The translations under genes were made by a program, and so were the position numbers. From an uncultured Gemmatimonadales bacterium (lineage in GTDB: Bacteria; Gemmatimonadota; Gemmatimonadetes; Gemmatimonadales; GWC2-71-9): 64,000 nt of DNA. Positions 11,397-20,662 of the stretch are shown piece by piece. The notes under the pieces were generated by a model. It was not told the origin of the DNA and made no database searches. It was given only the letters and a program-made list of their open reading frames with translations. The stretch lies in NCBI GenBank assembly GCA_963730185.1, contig CAVSQW010000017.1, positions 1-64,000 of the forward strand, written 5' to 3'. How positions within the stretch are numbered: the stretch's first letter is position 1; every line of letters starts with the position of its first letter.

Positions 11397-12279
11397 ATGG
11401 AAATGGAACCGCTCAGCTGCACCTTCCTCATCGGAGCGGGAAGGAGTGGGATCGACGGCCTTTCACGAGTTGCTGGTGGGCCACCCTCACGCGGCCTGGC
11501 TGTCGAGATCGAGCCGACGCTCCCGGGTCACCCGGGCAGGAACCACCTCGCCATGCGGTCACTCAGCCTGCCGGTGCTCGGTCCCGCGGCGGGCGCGGTG
11601 GCTGGAGCCGGGGAGGTACTAATGAGTTCTGGGACCACTACTATCCCGGCTTCTCGGTTCCCTTTCGCGATTTGGGGGCCGACGACGTGCTCGAGTCGAC
11701 CCGGCGGCAGCTGCGGTCGGCACTCGCCCGGATGAGGACCCCGAAGCGAAGTCACCTGGTCATCAAGATCACCGGGTGGCCGCGGGTGGGCTTCCTCCGC
11801 GAGATCTTTCCCGAGGGTCGCTTCGTGCACGTGGTCCGGGACGGTCGAGCGGTGGCCAGCTCCTTGCTGAAGGTGCCGTGGTGGTGGGGTTGGCGGGACC
11901 GGCCGAACTGGCGTTGGGGTCCGCTGACCCCCGAGCTCGATGCCCTATGGGCCGAGTCGGGCCGGTCCTTCGTCGCGCTCGCGGCGATTCAGTGGCGGAT
12001 CCTGATGGAGGCCACCGTGCGGGAGCTGTGCCGACCTGGGTCCGGATCAGTTCTTGCAACTGCGATACGAGGACCTCTGCGAAGACCCGGGGCAGTGGTG
12101 CCGCCGCGTGACCGACTTCGCCGGGCTTGCTTGGACGGGCAGCTTCTAACGGGCGGGTTCGGATGTCGCGATTCCGAAGTGAGAACGAGAAGTGGCGCCG
12201 AGACTTCACGCCGCGACAACAGGAAATCCTGGAATCGCTCTTCTCCGAGCACCTCGCCCAGTTCGGCTACCTGAAATGA
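11397..12279 (+). CDS. Sulfotransferase (frameshifted)
   Basis: FLIGAGRSG (5'-PSB loop), IFPEGRFVHVVRDGRAVASS (3'-PB), LRYEDLCEDP, ends AQFGYLK. Confidence 0.8.
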
Positions 12280-12347
12280 GGCTGGTCGGATCGCCGGCGA
12301 GACGGTGACGACATGACGACGCTGGCCGCGCCCATGCCGCGAGTTCC

Positions 12348-13513
12348 GTGAGGTCACCCTCGTCGCACGACCGGGCCGGCCCGGTGGCCTTGCAGCGAAC
12401 CGATCGGTTCGTCGGCCGGGCCATGAATTGGATGTACCATCATCTCCGGCGGGTTCCGCGATACCGTCCGGTCGTCATGACCGAACATCCTTCAGAATCG
12501 GAGCCAGTATCCCGATCTCGAGGCCTTCGAGCTGCCCTGGCAGCGGATTGGATATCGGGTCTGGCGGAAAGTCGGCCGGGCGGCGTCCCTATCCGCCGGA
12601 CCTGGCCCGGGCCCGGCGGATACCAGCCGGCCATCCTGCATTCGCACTTCGGCTACGTCGGCGTCGAGGACCTCGAGCTGCACCGGCCCTTGGTCATCCC
12701 CTGGACCGTCGCGTTCTATGGGGCCGACGTCTACCTGCATGGACGCGAGCCCGCCTGGCGCGAGCGTTACGGTCCCCTCTTCGAGCGCGTCGATCTCAGG
12801 TGCTGGCGCTCGGGCCCGTCATGCGGGATGCGCTCGCCGATCTGGGCTGCCCTCGGGAAAAGATCGTCGTCCACGCCCTCGGCGTCGACGTCGAGGACGT
12901 TCCCCATGGCGAGCGCCACCTCGCCCGGGGCGAGCGGATGGAGATCCTCTGCGCCGGCACCTTCCGCGAGAAGAAGGGCGCGATCTACGTGCTCCAGGCC
13001 CTGAGCCTGCTCCGGACCCGTGGGGTGCCCTTCCGCCTCCATCTCGTCGGCGACGTGAGCCAGCGGACCGGCGACGCGGAGGCGGGGGCAGAGATCCTGG
13101 CCACGATCGACCGCCTCGACCTGGGCGGTGTGGTCGAGCGGTATCACTGGCTCGAGTTCAAGCAGCTCATGGACCTGGCGCTCCGCTGCCACGTGTTCAC
13201 CGCCCCGAGCGTGGTGGCCCGGGACGGCGACGCCGAGGGCACCCCCTTCGTGATCCAGCAGATGATGCTGAGCGGCATGCCGGTGGTCTCGACTCGGCAC
13301 AGCGATATCCCATACCTGTACGGACCGCTGGCCGACCGTCTGGTCCCCGAGCGCGACGCCACCGCCATCGCCGATCGCCTCACCGCCTATGCCGAGGCGC
13401 CCGACACCGTGACCTCCGACGGCGCCGCGATGCGGCAGCGGATGCTCGAGGCCTTCGACATCCGCCACTGCGCCGCCCACTTGGCCGACCTCTACGACGG
13501 CCTCCTTCGCTGA
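12348..13513 (+). CDS. Glycosyltransferase family 4, WcaL/AmsK-like (frameshifted in 5' half)
   Basis: ILHSHFG, VAFYGADV, AGTFREKKG, APSVVARDGDAEGTP, STRHSDIP; start uncertain (12313-12422). Confidence 0.8.
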
Positions 13514-13523
13514 CCGCGACGTC

Positions 13524-15224
13524 ATGACCGCGCCCACACGAACCCAGGCCGGCGGCGCCGTCGAGCCCGGCTGCCCCGAACCCCCGGCGCCGTTTCCGCC
13601 CTGGGCCTGGTGGGTGGCGGCCGCCCTCCTGGCCGGATACCTGGTGCTGGCCTGGATCGCGCGCTTGCCCGGGATCGGCTCCGGCAACGACGACGCCATT
13701 TACTACACGCTCGCCAAGGCGCTGCTCCACGGCACCTACCGCGACCTCTACCTGCCCCACCCGCCGCTCCACGTCCAGTACCCGCCGGGATGGCCGCTGC
13801 TCCTGGCCGCGCCGCTGGCCCTGGTCGGCGACCGGCTCGAGCTGCTGCTGGTGCTGCCCCTCCTGCTGTCCCTGGGGGGACTGGTGCTCCTGCTGGACGC
13901 CGCCCGCCGGGTGCTGCCACCCCCGGCGGCGTTGGTCGTGCTCGCCATCGCCACCTTCAACCCGCTGCTGATCACCTTCGGTGGACGGCTCAAGGCCGAG
14001 GCCGCGTTCTTCTTCTTTGCGATGCTCACCGTCTGGGCCTTCGCGGCCCCCCAGCTCACCCGGAAGCGGGCCCTGCTCGGGGGCGGAGCGGCGATCGCCT
14101 CGGCCTTCATGCGGTCGGTCGGGATCGGCGTCATCGCCGCGGTGCTGGTTCACCTGCTCCTCGCCCGCCGGGGGCGCTGGGCTCTCCGCTTCGGGCTGGC
14201 GGCCGCGCTGCTCTTCGGTCCCTGGCTCACCTGGTCGTTCGTGGGGCCTCGACAGGTGGTCGGCCGCTCCTATGCCGGCGACCTGGTCCGTCTCGAGCGA
14301 GACCGCGCCGAGCGAACCGGGCGGAGCCCGCTGGTGGAGCGCGCCCGGGGTCTCGAGATCCGCACCGCTCGTTACACTCTGGGGCACCTGCCCGCCTCGA
14401 TGGGGTTCCCCCAGGTCGAGGGCACCTTGATCGACAACTTCGGCTGGGTGGCCCTGCTCGCGACCGTGGGCCTGGCCGGCCTGGTGGTGCTCTGGCGCCG
14501 GCTCCGACCCGCGGTCCTGGTTGCCGGCGCCATCTACGCCGTGCTCCTGATCTGGCCCTGGGCCGACCGTCGCTTCCTCCATCCGCTCGTGCCTCTGGTG
14601 GGGCTTGGATTGGTGGCCGGCGGATGGGCCATCGGGCGGCGGGCGGGGCGGGTCGGTGCCGTGCTCGGTCCCCTCTTGGTGGCGGCCCTTTTGGTGCCCG
14701 GCACCCAGCGGCGAAGCCGGGACGTGATCCAGCGCGGCTGGCGTTGCGACCACGCCGATCCGGTTGCCACCTGCTATACCAAGACCGAGCGGGCCTACCT
14801 CCAGGCGGCGGTGGCCGCCCGCCGGCTGCCCGACAGCGCCATCGTGCTGGCCGAGCGCGAAGCCACCTTCGCCTACTACTCGGGCCGGAAGGCGGCCTTT
14901 GCCAATCAGGCGGTCCGGGGCCCGAGCGCCGATTTCCTCGCCTACCTCCGGCGGGCCGGGATAACCCACGTGCTGATCTCGCGGGTCACCGACACGGAGC
15001 CGGTGGGACTGGCCCAGCGCCTGGCCGAGATCTGCCGGGACCTGACCTTGGTGGGAGACTTCGGGGAGGGTACCGAGCTGTTCGCCCTGCGGAGCCCGGC
15101 CGCGGCCGATTCATCCGGCGGCGACGCCTGCCCGACCGCCCAGCGTCGCTTCCAGGACGCGGTCCGGGAGCAGGAGGCTCGGAAACAGAACCCGGACCTC
15201 TTTCAGCTGCCGGATAGTCAGTAG
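13524..15224 (+). CDS. GT-C-like integral membrane protein
   Basis: TM1 followed by NDDAIYYTLAKAL..YPPGWPLLLA, RFLHPLVP; multi-TM with soluble C-terminal domain. Confidence 0.7.
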   Translation: MTAPTRTQAGGAVEPGCPEPPAPFPPWAWWVAAALLAGYLVLAWIARLPGIGSGNDDAIYYTLAKALLHGTYRDLYLPHPPLHVQYPPGWPLLLAAPLALVGDRLELLLVLPLLLSLGGLVLLLDAARRVLPPPAALVVLAIATFNPLLITFGGRLKAEAAFFFFAMLTVWAFAAPQLTRKRALLGGGAAIASAFMRSVGIGVIAAVLVHLLLARRGRWALRFGLAAALLFGPWLTWSFVGPRQVVGRSYAGDLVRLERDRAERTGRSPLVERARGLEIRTARYTLGHLPASMGFPQVEGTLIDNFGWVALLATVGLAGLVVLWRRLRPAVLVAGAIYAVLLIWPWADRRFLHPLVPLVGLGLVAGGWAIGRRAGRVGAVLGPLLVAALLVPGTQRRSRDVIQRGWRCDHADPVATCYTKTERAYLQAAVAARRLPDSAIVLAEREATFAYYSGRKAAFANQAVRGPSADFLAYLRRAGITHVLISRVTDTEPVGLAQRLAEICRDLTLVGDFGEGTELFALRSPAAADSSGGDACPTAQRRFQDAVREQEARKQNPDLFQLPDSQ

Positions 15225-15289
15225 CGTTGCGTTCCGCCCGCAGTGTAGCCGTGTTGCAACAGTTGCCAGGGTAGCAAGGCCGCCGGTTG

Positions 15290-16528
15290 CTAGGCCAGCC
15301 GGAACGGGTCGTCGGCCGGGCCCGACCGCCCGGCCCGGATCAGGGCGTCGACGAAGTACTTGGTGGCCCAGTTCAGGAGCTCGTAGCGACCGTAGTCGCC
15401 GTCGAGCGGCCAGGATCCCTTGATGCCACCCCGGAGGCCCGGGTCTCGAGTTGCTCGGTTCTGGGTCGATTTCACGAAGGCCAGGACCCGGCCCACCGGT
15501 TGGAGCCACGACTGGTCGCCCGTGATGGCCGTCAGCCTCATCCAGTTGTTGGCCATCTGGACCTGGCCGGTCAGGCAGCTCCAGGACACCGTGCCCCGCC
15601 AGTCCTGGTCGAAGCGGCCGCTCATCCGCCCGTCGGGCTCGACCCGGGCCAGGAGGGCTCGAGCCGTTCGCGCGCCGGCGTCGAGCACGCCGGCGTCGGA
15701 GAGCACCCGGCCGCCCTCGATCAGGCCTCGCACGGTGTAGGCGAGGGTGTGGAGGAGCGGCGCCGACGGGTCGGTGAGGCAGCAGCTCGGGATCCACCCG
15801 TTGGCCGCGACCTGTCGGGCCACCTCGCCCAGGTTGCGTCGGGCCGCCTCCGTGAAGCCGGTCTCGCCCAACCAGGCGCCGGCCTCGGCCAGGGCCCAGG
15901 CCACCCGGGCGTTGTACAGGGTCGGCTCGCCGAGGGCAAATTGGGAATTCCCTTTGCGCCAGAGGCCGTCCGATTCCTGGACCTCCACCAGCCATTGGCT
16001 GGCCCGCCGCGCGGCCTCGCGGAACCGGGGCTCGGGCGTCTCTTGATCCGCCGCCAACCATCCCAGAATCACCTGGCCGGTGTTGAATACCGCCGGCGAC
16101 CGGCCCTCGCCCACCACGCCGCCTTGGACCGCGCCGGAGTCGAGCTGCAGGTCCGCTTCCCAGTGGGCCGCTCGGATCGCGCGTTCGGTCAGGGCCGGGT
16201 CGCGCAGCACCCGGCCGGCCTCGAGCAGGGTGGGGATGATGTAGCCGGTGGTCTCGGGGTAGGGCGGCTGCCAGCCCCGGGATCGGAAGTAGGCGCTGTA
16301 GGCCAGGCTGTAACCCCGCGCCACGCCGCCGGTCCCGGTGGCGTCCTGGGCCCGACCGAGCCAGGCCACGGCCTCGAGCAGATGGGGACGGTGGTCCGGG
16401 TCGACGGGGTGGCGTCCGGCCCGATCGGACGCGAGCTCGCGCCGGGCCAGCCGGTTGAGCGCGGGGTGGGCTCGCACCGACGCGACTCTGGAACGCACGC
16501 TCTCGAGGATGTCACGCATGGCGGCCAT
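15290..16528 (-). CDS. Conserved (alpha/alpha)-barrel protein (prenyltransferase/six-hairpin-like), function unknown
   Basis: WLGRAQD, YPETTGYIIPTL, QLDSGA, FNTGQVILG, WLVEVQESDGLW (QW-like repeats), HTLAYTVRGL, NWATKYFVDAL. Confidence 0.7.
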   Translation of the reverse strand: MAAMRDILESVRSRVASVRAHPALNRLARRELASDRAGRHPVDPDHRPHLLEAVAWLGRAQDATGTGGVARGYSLAYSAYFRSRGWQPPYPETTGYIIPTLLEAGRVLRDPALTERAIRAAHWEADLQLDSGAVQGGVVGEGRSPAVFNTGQVILGWLAADQETPEPRFREAARRASQWLVEVQESDGLWRKGNSQFALGEPTLYNARVAWALAEAGAWLGETGFTEAARRNLGEVARQVAANGWIPSCCLTDPSAPLLHTLAYTVRGLIEGGRVLSDAGVLDAGARTARALLARVEPDGRMSGRFDQDWRGTVSWSCLTGQVQMANNWMRLTAITGDQSWLQPVGRVLAFVKSTQNRATRDPGLRGGIKGSWPLDGDYGRYELLNWATKYFVDALIRAGRSGPADDPFRLA

Positions 16529-16658
16529 GGGTTGGCAGAATACCCCGGTTCTCCCCGAATCGGGATCACGGCGGGCCGGTTGACGGGCGGCCGGTTTGCA
16601 CGTTTCGTGCTCACCGGTTCGCGGTCCCGCGCGGCCGGGCACCCCCTCGGGAGGTCAC

Positions 16659-17600
16659 GTGAGCAGCAGCGAACGCCCATTCTTCGTGGTCGGCTTTCAG
16701 CGGAGCGGAACCACGCTGCTCCGGGTGATGCTCGATAGTCATCCCGAGATCGCCGTTCCTTTGGACGTGACCGGCCTGTGGTGGCGGTTCGAGGCCGAGC
16801 TCCCGCGGTTCGGCGATCTGGGGGCCGATGCCCCCCGGCGGAACGTGGTCGCGGCCCTCCTGGCCGAGCCCCGGATCGAGCTCTGGCAGGTGCCGCTGAC
16901 GGTCGAGGGCGTCCTGGCCCACTGGTCCGAGCCGGGCTACCCCGGGCTCATCGCGGCGTTCTACTCGGCCTACGCCGCACAGTACGGCAAGCGCCTCTGG
17001 GGCGACAAGGATCCCGGAAACACCACCCGAATCGATCTCCTGGACCGGTGGTTCCCCGGCTGCCGGATCATCCACATCGTCCGGGACGGCCGGGGAGCCT
17101 GTCTCTCCCATCTCAAGCAAGGCTTCGGCTTCGACGATCTGCTCGCCTGCGCCGAGGCCTGGCGCGAGGAGGTGTGGTGGGCTCGCCGGATGGGCAACCT
17201 CCTCGGGCCGGCCCGATACTGCGAGATCAAGTACGAGTCCCTGGTCGCGGCTCCGCGAGACACGCTCGACGAGGTGTGCCGGTTCCTGGGGTTGGCCTTC
17301 TCCGACCAGATGCTGACCTATCCCGACCGCCTGGACCGGTCCATCCCGGCCGAAAAGCGCCACATCTGGCCCTTGATCGGCGAAGGCCCCCGGGCCGACA
17401 ACGCCGATCGGTGGCGCACCGAGATGTCCCCGGCCACCGAGATCTGCTTCGAGAAGCGCGCCGGCCGGGTGCTGAGCGAGTTCGGGTACCAGACCACGCC
17501 GCCGCCCTGGCGGGGCCAGTACGGGACTGAGCTTCGGTTCCTGGCCGCGCGGGTGGTGCGGGCGCTCCGGCAGCGGTTGAGCCGGAACGCGGGCCCCTGA
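16659..17600 (+). CDS. Sulfotransferase
   Basis: GGAGG RBS then GTG; PFFVVGFQRSGTTLLRVMLDSHP, WGDKDP, IHIVRDGR, IKYESLV. Confidence 0.92.
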   Translation: MSSSERPFFVVGFQRSGTTLLRVMLDSHPEIAVPLDVTGLWWRFEAELPRFGDLGADAPRRNVVAALLAEPRIELWQVPLTVEGVLAHWSEPGYPGLIAAFYSAYAAQYGKRLWGDKDPGNTTRIDLLDRWFPGCRIIHIVRDGRGACLSHLKQGFGFDDLLACAEAWREEVWWARRMGNLLGPARYCEIKYESLVAAPRDTLDEVCRFLGLAFSDQMLTYPDRLDRSIPAEKRHIWPLIGEGPRADNADRWRTEMSPATEICFEKRAGRVLSEFGYQTTPPPWRGQYGTELRFLAARVVRALRQRLSRNAGP

Positions 17601-17613
17601 CCGCCGGGCCTGA

Positions 17614-19140
17614 TCAGCCCGGGGTCGCTGCGTCGGCCTCGTCGGCTAGCGGCGGAACCGGCCCGCCGCGGAAGAGGCCCCGCAGCTGAGCCAGCCGAGC
17701 CCGCTGGGGCAGGATGCCGGCCAGCAGGAAGGCACCGGCGCCCACCGCGACCTCCGCCAAGAGTCGCCCGACCGGCCCGATGGTGCCCGGCAGCCAGGCT
17801 CGGGCCGCCACGACGCTCGCGGCCAGAACCGCGGTGCCCCGGAGTGCCGGCCAGTAGGCGGCGAAGTAGCGACCCAGCGGGAGCTGGAGCGCCTTGGCGG
17901 TCCGGACGAACAGAGGGATCACGAACACCGGGTACACCAGGACCCACATCGCGGCGATGCCCGCCGCTCCCCACCGGCTGCCCAGATAGAATGCCGTGGG
18001 CAGCGCGATCGCGGTGGCCAGGCCGTTCCACATCAGGAAGCGGGTGTCCCGCCGCATGGTCAGGATCTGCGGAAAAAGCGTGACCACCGATCGGATGGTG
18101 GCGTAGACGGCCAGTATCTGGAGCGGCCGGATGGCCTCGGTCCACTGGGGACCCAGGTAGAGCCGCACGAAGTCGTCGGCCACCAGGGCCAGCCCGACGC
18201 TGGCCGGCAGGGTCAGGTAGGTCAGGGCCTCGGTGATGTTGATCAGGATCCGGGTGGTGCCGGTCCGGTCGTGCTGGAGCCGGCTGAAGAACGCTGGGGT
18301 GACCCGAGTCACCAGCGCCGTGACCTTCTCGACCGGGACGCTGGCGATGGTCCAGGCGAAGGTGTAGGCCCCCAGCGCCGCCGTGCCCAGCACCCGCCCG
18401 GCCACCAGGAAGTCGGCGTTGGTGTACGCGTACCAGGCCAGCCGCCCGATCAGCACGTCCCTGGTAAAGTGGAAATAGCGCCCCAACTCGGCCAGGCGGG
18501 GCCGCGCGAACGGGTGAGGCGACAGCAGATAGGCCACCACCACCCCGACCGCGTTGCCCAGAATGCCCCCGGTTACCAGGGCCCAGTAGCGCCAGCCCAA
18601 CAGCGCCAGGACGAGGGTCGTGGCCGTGGTCGTGATGGCCTGCGCGCCTTCCACCAGCGCCAGCCCCCGGAAGCGCAGGTCCCGCTGCAACAGCGCCGTC
18701 GGCACCAGGCGGCTGGAGGAGAGCAGGGCGTTGGCGCTCAGGGCCACCACGACCCAGGGGAGCTCGGGCGTTCGGAAGAAGATTCCCAGCGGGACGGCCG
18801 CCGCGCAGGTGGCCAGGGCGCCGGTCAGCCCCATCAGCACGGCGACGCTGTTGAACTGCGCGATCTCCGCCCGGCTCATCTGCCGGAGGGCGATGATGGA
18901 GGTGCCCAGGCCGCCCTCGGTGAGCACCGCGACGAAGCCGAGGTAGAGGGTGGCCATCCCTACGATGCCGTAGTCGCTCTTGCTCAGCAGCCGGGCCAGG
19001 ACGATCACCGCGGTCCAGCTGAACGCCTGCGACCCCCACTTCACCATGGCCGTCCACGCCACCCCGCGGACCAGGGTGCGATCCAGGGAGCGGTCCGGCA
19101 GCGGATCGGAGGGTTCGGGGCGCAGGGGCGAGGCCGTCAT
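17614..19140 (-). CDS. wzx: Wzx-type polysaccharide flippase (WzxC-like)
   Basis: RGVAWT, LARLLSKSDYGIVG, LQRDLRF, NADFLVAGRVLGTAALGAY; about 14 TMs. Confidence 0.88.
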   Translation of the reverse strand: MTASPLRPEPSDPLPDRSLDRTLVRGVAWTAMVKWGSQAFSWTAVIVLARLLSKSDYGIVGMATLYLGFVAVLTEGGLGTSIIALRQMSRAEIAQFNSVAVLMGLTGALATCAAAVPLGIFFRTPELPWVVVALSANALLSSSRLVPTALLQRDLRFRGLALVEGAQAITTTATTLVLALLGWRYWALVTGGILGNAVGVVVAYLLSPHPFARPRLAELGRYFHFTRDVLIGRLAWYAYTNADFLVAGRVLGTAALGAYTFAWTIASVPVEKVTALVTRVTPAFFSRLQHDRTGTTRILINITEALTYLTLPASVGLALVADDFVRLYLGPQWTEAIRPLQILAVYATIRSVVTLFPQILTMRRDTRFLMWNGLATAIALPTAFYLGSRWGAAGIAAMWVLVYPVFVIPLFVRTAKALQLPLGRYFAAYWPALRGTAVLAASVVAARAWLPGTIGPVGRLLAEVAVGAGAFLLAGILPQRARLAQLRGLFRGGPVPPLADEADAATPG

Positions 19141-19157
19141 CGGGGTGGGTCCACTGG

Positions 19158-19173
19158 GGCAAGGGCAGGGCCA
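19158..19173 (-). promoter_or_regulatory. Possible sigma54 promoter for wzx
   Basis: Minus strand TGGCCC-TGCCC-TTGCC; very close to the ATG, so the leader would be short. Confidence 0.4.
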
Positions 19174-19272
19174 ATGTAACCCATGTCGCGCCGGCACTGC
19201 GCCACGCTTTTGTGGTGTTGTGTCTTAGCTACAGTTGTTGCGTTGTTCCATCGGACCGAATGGCCGTGTTTT

Positions 19273-19288
19273 GGGCATCGCCATTGCA
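19273..19288 (+). promoter_or_regulatory. sigma54 -24/-12 promoter
   Basis: GGGCAT-CGCCA-TTGCA (GG-N10-GC) upstream of the 19363 operon. Confidence 0.55.
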
Positions 19289-19362
19289 TCGAGGGGTTCC
19301 GACCCCCGGGACGGATCGCCCGGTCGCCGGATTGAACCTCCGAGGGAATAGCGTCGATCGAC

Positions 19363-19743
19363 ATGGTTTCCGAGTCCCGGCCCTCATCGGCCCCCGTGCC
19401 GACGCTGACGGTCGTCTTGATCGAGACTGCCGGATTCGAGGATTGGGCCTGCCTCGGGTCGCTGCTCGCGGGCTCGAACGCCTTGGAGGTAATCGTGGTG
19501 ACCGATGATCGGCCCGTCCCGGGTATTGGACGCCACCTGCCTACCGCCAAGGTGGTGGCGGTGTCGGGTGGCGACCCTGGGGAAGCCCGCCGGCAGGGCG
19601 CCCTCGCCGCCAGCGGCGACGTCATTCGCATCGTGCCCGTCCGTGCGGTGGTGGACGTGGGCCGCCGTCTGGTGGTCGACCCGGCCCAGTGGCCCGCGCA
19701 GCTGAACCAGGTCGGGGCCGTTCATCCGGGAGCCGACGCGTGA
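19363..19743 (+). CDS. Small protein resembling a degenerate GT2 N-terminal half
   Basis: LTVVLI..LGSLL..LEVIVV..ARRQGALAASGDVI; stop overlaps next GTG. Confidence 0.5.
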   Translation: MVSESRPSSAPVPTLTVVLIETAGFEDWACLGSLLAGSNALEVIVVTDDRPVPGIGRHLPTAKVVAVSGGDPGEARRQGALAASGDVIRIVPVRAVVDVGRRLVVDPAQWPAQLNQVGAVHPGADA

Positions 19744-20642
19744 GCCCGCCGGCGCCCGAGCTCAGCGTCCTCATCCCCTTCGTCAACGACCCGAGCGATC
19801 TCTCCGCCTGTCTCGGTGCCCTCGCCCGGGAGCGCGAGCGGGCGTCGCTCCAGGTCATGGTGGTCGAGCGTCACGGCGGCCAAACCCGTGACTGGGTGGC
19901 CCGCGAGTACCCCTGGGTCGAGCTGTTGTCGGCGCCTGTGGGCACCCCGATTCCGGCCCTTCGGGCCCTTGGCTTCGACGCGGCCCGGGCTCCCTCGGTG
20001 GCCGTCATCGAGGACCATGTGATCGTGCCGGCGGGCTGGACGCGGCAGCTCCTCGAGGCCCAGGCCCGGGGCGAGCGGGTCGTCGGCGGATCGGTCGAGA
20101 ACGCGGCCACGGATACCCTGGTGGACTGGGCGTCCTTCCTCTGCGAGTACCACCACATGATCCCCCCCATCGCGGAGGGGCCGGTGCCCGGCCTGCCGGG
20201 CAACAACACCGTCTACGACCGCGAGCTCCTGGTGCAGTACCGGGACGTGATCGCCGAAGGGCGTTGGGAAGACCGCTTGCATCAAGCGATTCGGGATGGA
20301 GGGGTCGAGCTCTACAGCCGGCCCGAGATCGTGGTCGGCCATGCAATGCACTACACGGTAGGGCTTTACACGTCGCAGCGGTATCTGTACTCCCGGGCCT
20401 ACGCTGGCTCGCGATTCCGTGGCGCGAGCCTTGCTCGACGGGTTGGAACCGGCCTGGCCGCTTTCGCGCTTCCGCCCATGATCTTCTGGCGGGTGGTGAC
20501 CACGGTCTGGCGCAAGCATCGTCATCGGAACGAGTTGGTGCGTTCGCTTCCGCTGCTCGGGTGGTTCACCCTGGCGTGGGCCGCCGGGGAGATCGTTGGT
20601 TACTGGTTCGGACCGGGCGACGCCTTCGGCCGGGTTCGCTAG
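19740..20642 (+). CDS. Glycosyltransferase family 2 (EDH variant)
   Basis: LSVLIPFVN, VAVIEDH, VGGSVEN, PGNNTVY; C-terminal TMs. Confidence 0.8.
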   Translation: MSPPAPELSVLIPFVNDPSDLSACLGALARERERASLQVMVVERHGGQTRDWVAREYPWVELLSAPVGTPIPALRALGFDAARAPSVAVIEDHVIVPAGWTRQLLEAQARGERVVGGSVENAATDTLVDWASFLCEYHHMIPPIAEGPVPGLPGNNTVYDRELLVQYRDVIAEGRWEDRLHQAIRDGGVELYSRPEIVVGHAMHYTVGLYTSQRYLYSRAYAGSRFRGASLARRVGTGLAAFALPPMIFWRVVTTVWRKHRHRNELVRSLPLLGWFTLAWAAGEIVGYWFGPGDAFGRVR

Positions 20643-20662
20643 CTTGATCGGAAGCCCTTGAC

